In this document: one piece after another, positions 59,507-64,000 of the stretch
How positions within the stretch are numbered: the stretch's first letter is position 1
Layout of the letters: each line of letters opens with the position of its first letter
DNA from: Perkinsela sp. CCAP 1560/9
Lineage: Eukaryota > Protista > Euglenozoa: Kinetoplastea
NCBI GenBank assembly: GCA_965644495.1
Contig: CBFFSA010000018.1
Location: 1 to 64,000, forward strand
DNA length: 64,000 bases
Direction: 5' to 3'
The notes under the pieces: generated by a model
Seen by the model: only the letters and a program-made list of their open reading frames with translations
Databases searched by the model: none
What the model was told of the DNA's origin: nothing
Program-made: the position numbers and the translations under genes

Positions 59507-60769
59507 TTACTGTGTCTTACAGTCCTCATTAGCTTTATTAGACCCCTTCCCTTTTCCACTCTTTGAACCTTCCCGGATGCCCGGCACGGACATTTCATTC
59601 GCCCCATCGGAGTCCATATCACTCCCCGTGCTTCCTTCTGAGTCGTCCTCTGAGGTTGAATCTTTCCCACTGTCCTCCTCGGACGATTCCTCGTCATCAT
59701 CGCTTAAATCGAAATCCTCCTCGTCGAAATCATAATCCTCCTCATCCTCGGAGTCGGATTCCACCTCTCGCGTGTAGTACTCCACGGCACGAAAAAACAG
59801 GTCGCTCTGAAAGGACCGACCCAACTCAAAATCGCGCTCACGTAACAGGGCTAATGTAATCATATCCGGTCCACTACTTTCAGAGCCCCCTTCCGAGCTC
59901 TCCGTGCCGCTCCCCTCCTTTTCCTTTTCTTCCCTTATTTTCGGCATTTTACCCTCAGGCGTTAAATTCGGATCCACCGGGTGGTTGACCTCGAAAAGCG
60001 CAAAGAAACTCTCGCAGGGCTCATACGTGGTGACGTACCGCGTCGCGCTAGTCTTCTTACTTCGCTGCTTCTTTCGCACCGCCTCGAGCGTGACATTCAC
60101 GCTCTCGGAGACCCAGGAGATCTCACAACCCTGGGAGCCCAGAAAAATACATTCCTCGGCTTCGTAGTTCGTGACAAACGATTTAGAGAGCACCGGCTGG
60201 GTAAAATATTTACGAGCCTCGGATGAAAAGTGAAAGAAAAGCGTAAATCCCGATCGTGGCGCCTCCGGGTTGCGTTTGCACTCCACATGGGAGAGATGCT
60301 TTAGAATGTTTTCATCTCTTTCGGTGATGGTCTCGGCTACGGCGCTCTCCCCTTTCATGGCTTGAAGCCAGAACCCGGGAAGGGCACTGGGGGGAGGTGC
60401 AGGATCCGTTTTTGATTTTAAGGAAGAAGAGGAGGGGTCCGTTTCAGATTGCATTTCAATAAGCCCCTTGTGTTCTTCAGGAAATCCTTTGTCCACTTCT
60501 GCATCGGTAGGGGTGAGTTCTCCAGAGATTAAGGCCGCGCGATGGGTAAGAAGAGACGCACATAAGGAATCGAATTCTTTTTCAAGGGCATCGATTTCAC
60601 GATCTCGAGCACGGAATTGGACATCGCACTGCTCTTGGAGCGCTTGGAGGGCGTAGGTTGCGTTTCGTACGGAAGGGGGGAGAGTGCGAAGATAGGCTTT
60701 GTAGTGACTGGGTTCGATTAGACGGCGTGCTAACTCGTCTTCGGAGAGAACAGGGACGGGGGAACTCAT
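59507..60769 (-). CDS. Nucleosome assembly protein (NAP1 family)
   Basis: LPGFWLQAM, ITERDENILKHL, FTLFFHF, YF...VLSK, GCEISW, ESFF, acidic tail. Confidence 0.92.
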   Translation of the reverse strand: MSSPVPVLSEDELARRLIEPSHYKAYLRTLPPSVRNATYALQALQEQCDVQFRARDREIDALEKEFDSLCASLLTHRAALISGELTPTDAEVDKGFPEEHKGLIEMQSETDPSSSSLKSKTDPAPPPSALPGFWLQAMKGESAVAETITERDENILKHLSHVECKRNPEAPRSGFTLFFHFSSEARKYFTQPVLSKSFVTNYEAEECIFLGSQGCEISWVSESVNVTLEAVRKKQRSKKTSATRYVTTYEPCESFFALFEVNHPVDPNLTPEGKMPKIREEKEKEGSGTESSEGGSESSGPDMITLALLRERDFELGRSFQSDLFFRAVEYYTREVESDSEDEEDYDFDEEDFDLSDDDEESSEEDSGKDSTSEDDSEGSTGSDMDSDGANEMSVPGIREGSKSGKGKGSNKANEDCKTQ

Positions 60770-61396
60770 GTTTCGGATGTGATACAATAAAAATACAAGA
60801 GGAAAAAAAGAGTGCGAAAAAGATTAAAAAGACACGTATCGTAAACGTGTTTAACAGGAGTATATTCAGATTGAATAGTGGGTCAAAGCTATTTATTGTG
60901 TGGAGGTCCGTAAATATCAGCTCCTGGGACGCCATCGGAATCATGCGCGAGAAGTGGGACTATCATCCTCGTCGAAAGCCGGCTATCGACGAATTAAAAC
61001 GAAAAGAAGAAATGGGCACTGTATAAATGGGCGCTGTTTATTGAGGGAGATACTACTCCCTCGCTACCCCATATTAATGAAATTTGGCCCGACAAAAAAT
61101 TTTCCGGAAAAGGTTTTTTCGCAAAGAACCAAAGACAGCACCATAAATAGATACAATGTAGTTTTAGGAGAGAAAAACGCACCTTTAGAACCACTCGAGA
61201 CCCCCCTCTTCGGAAGCGATTTGCAAACCCCAATTTGCCAGATACTTTTTTCAACTTGAAGCGTGAGATACGCAAGACCGCAGAGGAAAGGATTTTTTTA
61301 AAGAAGTATGAGATAATGGAGAGTATGTAGGTTCCGTAGAGTAATGTTGGTTCCGTAATTAAGGTGTTCCGTAATAGAATCCGGCACTGTAATGCT

Positions 61397-62757
61397 TTAC
61401 TTTAAACAAATGTTTGTCCCACAATAATCGAATTCGGCCATTGCTTGAGGAAGATCAGAGTTCTTTAGTTCACCGTATAGCTCCGAATTGCCATTTAAGC
61501 GCAATAACAACAAGCTTTGTGGAAGTTTGTCAAACTTTACAAGACCACTGAAAGAATTAAGTTGGAATTGACAGCTTGTCATTGTTGAAGGAAACTGCTG
61601 GAGATTTATAGTCCCTGTAAGGTCGTTTTGAGCCAAATTGAGAGAACACAAGCCGCGGGGCAAGCTTGCTAGATCCACAGTTCCTGAAAATGCGTTGTAA
61701 GATAGATCAAGGTATAATAACTTAGCAGGAAGGTGCGTCATGTCTATGCTTCCCGTACACATGTTGTTGGTCAGAAACATTGTTTCCAAGTAGCTAGGCA
61801 AAAGTGCTAAATCTATGTTTCCAACAAATGAGTTATGCCAAATTTTTGTTTATCATGCGCTCTTTGGCGCAGAGATAATCCCCTTACTGCGACGGCCGAT
61901 ATCATCGGCACATAATCCGCCCACAACGGATGTCGCCAAAGGGGGTTCGACACGGACTCTGTCGGTAGAGGGGGTCCAGGCAACTCGCCCTCTCTTTACG
62001 CAGCCGGAGGGGCGTACTGCAACCGACTCGGTCCCAGTCGGTAGAGGTGGTCCAGGCAACTCACCATCTCTTTACGCAGCCGGAGGGGCGCACTGCAACC
62101 GACCGCTGCCTCGCGATAATGCAAGGCAGAGTCACGCCCAGTGGTCCTCAAGGGAGGCCACCATGGCGCATAGCTCCCGGGAAGAGACAGGCGCGAGAAG
62201 AAGAAAGCCGGGGAGGGAAGAAAACTCACTCAAGGAGTGAGCCGGGGAGGGGTGAAAAGTCGGAAGTACGTCCCCTACTTCCACGACAAAGAGGGACAGT
62301 TTCCGCTAGCCGTCAGCCGGAAACGGGCATTTAAAAGGAAAATGTATGCCCGTTTCCGGGAAAAGAAAGGAAGGGCTAGCAAAATGTACCAACAAGGTAC
62401 AGAAACTGTATCTTTATGCATGACAACAAGCTGGCGTGGCAGTGCCTCAAGCTCCACCCTTCCTGTCAAACGGCTGTACCATATGTAACACCTGAGTAAT
62501 GTGTGGGGTAGACAATTCCATTGCAGCGTTCCCGCAATTTCCCCAGGACGTTTCCAGTTAAGGTCAGTAACGTGCATGCCGTCATCACATTCTACATCAC
62601 GCCAATTACACGCAATTGTTGATGTGGTCCATGAGGGATCTGTATTTTGAGTATGCTCAATGAATCGTGCGAGATCGTATTCTTGAGGCAATTCTGCACC
62701 TCGCACCTTAGACGGCAGTCTAGGCTGTGTCGAAATGTCAGAGGTGTGACAGAGCAT
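61397..62757 (-). pseudogene. LRR gene split by a 572-bp insertion
   Basis: Removing 61844-62415 restores the in-frame LRR LPRQLVVMH|IWHNSFVGNIDLALLPSYL. Confidence 0.85.
61844..62415 (-). mobile_element. Spliced-leader-headed, highly structured SINE-like insertion
   Basis: Begins aaagatacagtttctgtaccttgttg|gtac, contains many hairpins and a tandem 67-nt module, ends in taaacaaaa. Confidence 0.7.
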
Positions 62758-62946
62758 ACATATGAAGCAAAGTTCTGATGAATGAAACGAAAAAGTAATA
62801 TCGTACTTGTAACGTTTAGTATAAAAAAGTGCGGATTGTCGGCGGATACAATATGTATTTCCAAAGCGCTAATTTTACTTCAGGGTTTTTCCTTCACCTT
62901 GAAATGATCACCTTTACCCCATTAAACAAATACAAACTGCAACGCT

Positions 62947-63768
62947 TCAAAATTCCACACAAGAGGGCACGAACTCCTTCGGCGCGCGTAGACCCTTATT
63001 CCACGACAAATCCACCCGAATCACACCGGAAGGAATCTTCTCCAGCACAGCTACTCCACTAAACTGATTGTGGGAAGCAAGCAGTCGCATAAACCCTGCT
63101 GGGAGATTTCGAATCTCCACCTCCCCACTTAACTGGTTATGCGACAGCGTAAGCTGTTCCATAGACTGCGGCAACGCCGAGAACCCCACCGACCCTGTGA
63201 ACGCATTATGCGACAGTGTCAACATACGAATCTTAAACGGGAGAGCGGAGAGATTCACGGCTCCGTGGAACCGGTTCCGGGACAACAACACCTCCCTTAT
63301 CCCCACAGGGAGCTCAGCCAACTCTAGTGTCCCCTCGAGGACATTGTCCACCGCAGCGAGCACCCGCAACTCATGCGGGAGGTTCCGGGTTGCCAACGGC
63401 CCACTGAACCGGTTATGGGTGAGTTGCAGCTCACACAGGGAGCGGGGAAGGGAGGCGAACCCCACAGCCCCGTCCAGGGCATTCCCCCCTTGGGCGGTGC
63501 CAAGGGTTAGGGAGGTGAGGGTGGGAGGGAGGTGGGTCCACAAGGGGCGACCACGTAGCTTGCGGTCATCCCACCGGATACGACACACGTGGTGGCGTTC
63601 CTTGTCCAGGTACACCCCGGACCACTGGTCCACGGGACGGGAGAGGGTCCAGGAGGGATGACGAGGAGAGATATCGCCAAGGAACCGGTCGAGGTCGTAT
63701 TCAGGGGGAAGCTGAGCCCCCCGGACCCGTGCGGGTCGGGCAGAGTCCGCGAGGGATAGGGGGTACAT
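62947..63768 (-). CDS. Leucine-rich repeat protein
   Basis: RVRGAQLPPEYDL...RHPSW...WSGV cap followed by ~8 LRRs; start at MYPLSLAD. Confidence 0.9.
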   Translation of the reverse strand: MYPLSLADSARPARVRGAQLPPEYDLDRFLGDISPRHPSWTLSRPVDQWSGVYLDKERHHVCRIRWDDRKLRGRPLWTHLPPTLTSLTLGTAQGGNALDGAVGFASLPRSLCELQLTHNRFSGPLATRNLPHELRVLAAVDNVLEGTLELAELPVGIREVLLSRNRFHGAVNLSALPFKIRMLTLSHNAFTGSVGFSALPQSMEQLTLSHNQLSGEVEIRNLPAGFMRLLASHNQFSGVAVLEKIPSGVIRVDLSWNKGLRAPKEFVPSCVEF

Positions 63769-64000
63769 GGTGGGGGTGTGAAAATGTGGGTGGTTGAGAA
63801 TAGGTTTGTGACTGTGTATACCACCCTCAAGGTTATTATTCACATTCAAAGTATGGTTTCTTTGCGAATAGTATAGTCCCCAGAAACACGAAACGGAAAT
63901 ACACCCCTTCTCAGAAGTGCGCCCCCCTGGGAAATTTTGATTCTCTTATTTTATCCGTTTTTGCTCATTTTTGTTGCATTTTGTAGATCTTTGTAAAAAA

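Noticed and set aside
1-64000. tRNA, rRNA or telomeric repeats
   Set aside because: None recognised by eye; tRNAscan-SE and Infernal would be needed to exclude them.

Overview
Eukaryotic DNA, most likely from a kinetoplastid (inference). The evidence is intronless host genes all on the minus strand, as in a polycistronic unit, a p22/MAM33 gene, a Pam18 with a non-HPD motif, and a spliced-leader-like sequence. Bases ~1-37.7 kb are a rearranged cluster of decayed Helitron2/Helentron-type rolling-circle transposons (zinc fingers, HUH Rep, PIF1 helicase, RRM cargo). They form a large imperfect inverted duplication that contains a 5.6-kb direct repeat, a 14-unit 512-bp tandem array, a Merlin/IS1595 remnant, MITEs and a TSD-flanked retro-like insert. 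Bases ~37.8-64 kb hold host genes (TypA/BipA, Pam18-like, peroxidase-like, p22/MAM33, NAP1) interleaved with seven LRR genes and a nest of DNA-transposon remnants. Two elements stand out. The first is an intact bacterial-type IS30 element with TIRs and a 4-bp TSD, whose empty site is visible in a paralogous segment. The second is a ~570-bp insertion that begins with a spliced-leader exon/intron junction, folds extensively, and precisely interrupts an LRR gene. All calls come from reading motifs by eye; no searches or folding programs were run, and repeat boundaries are approximate.
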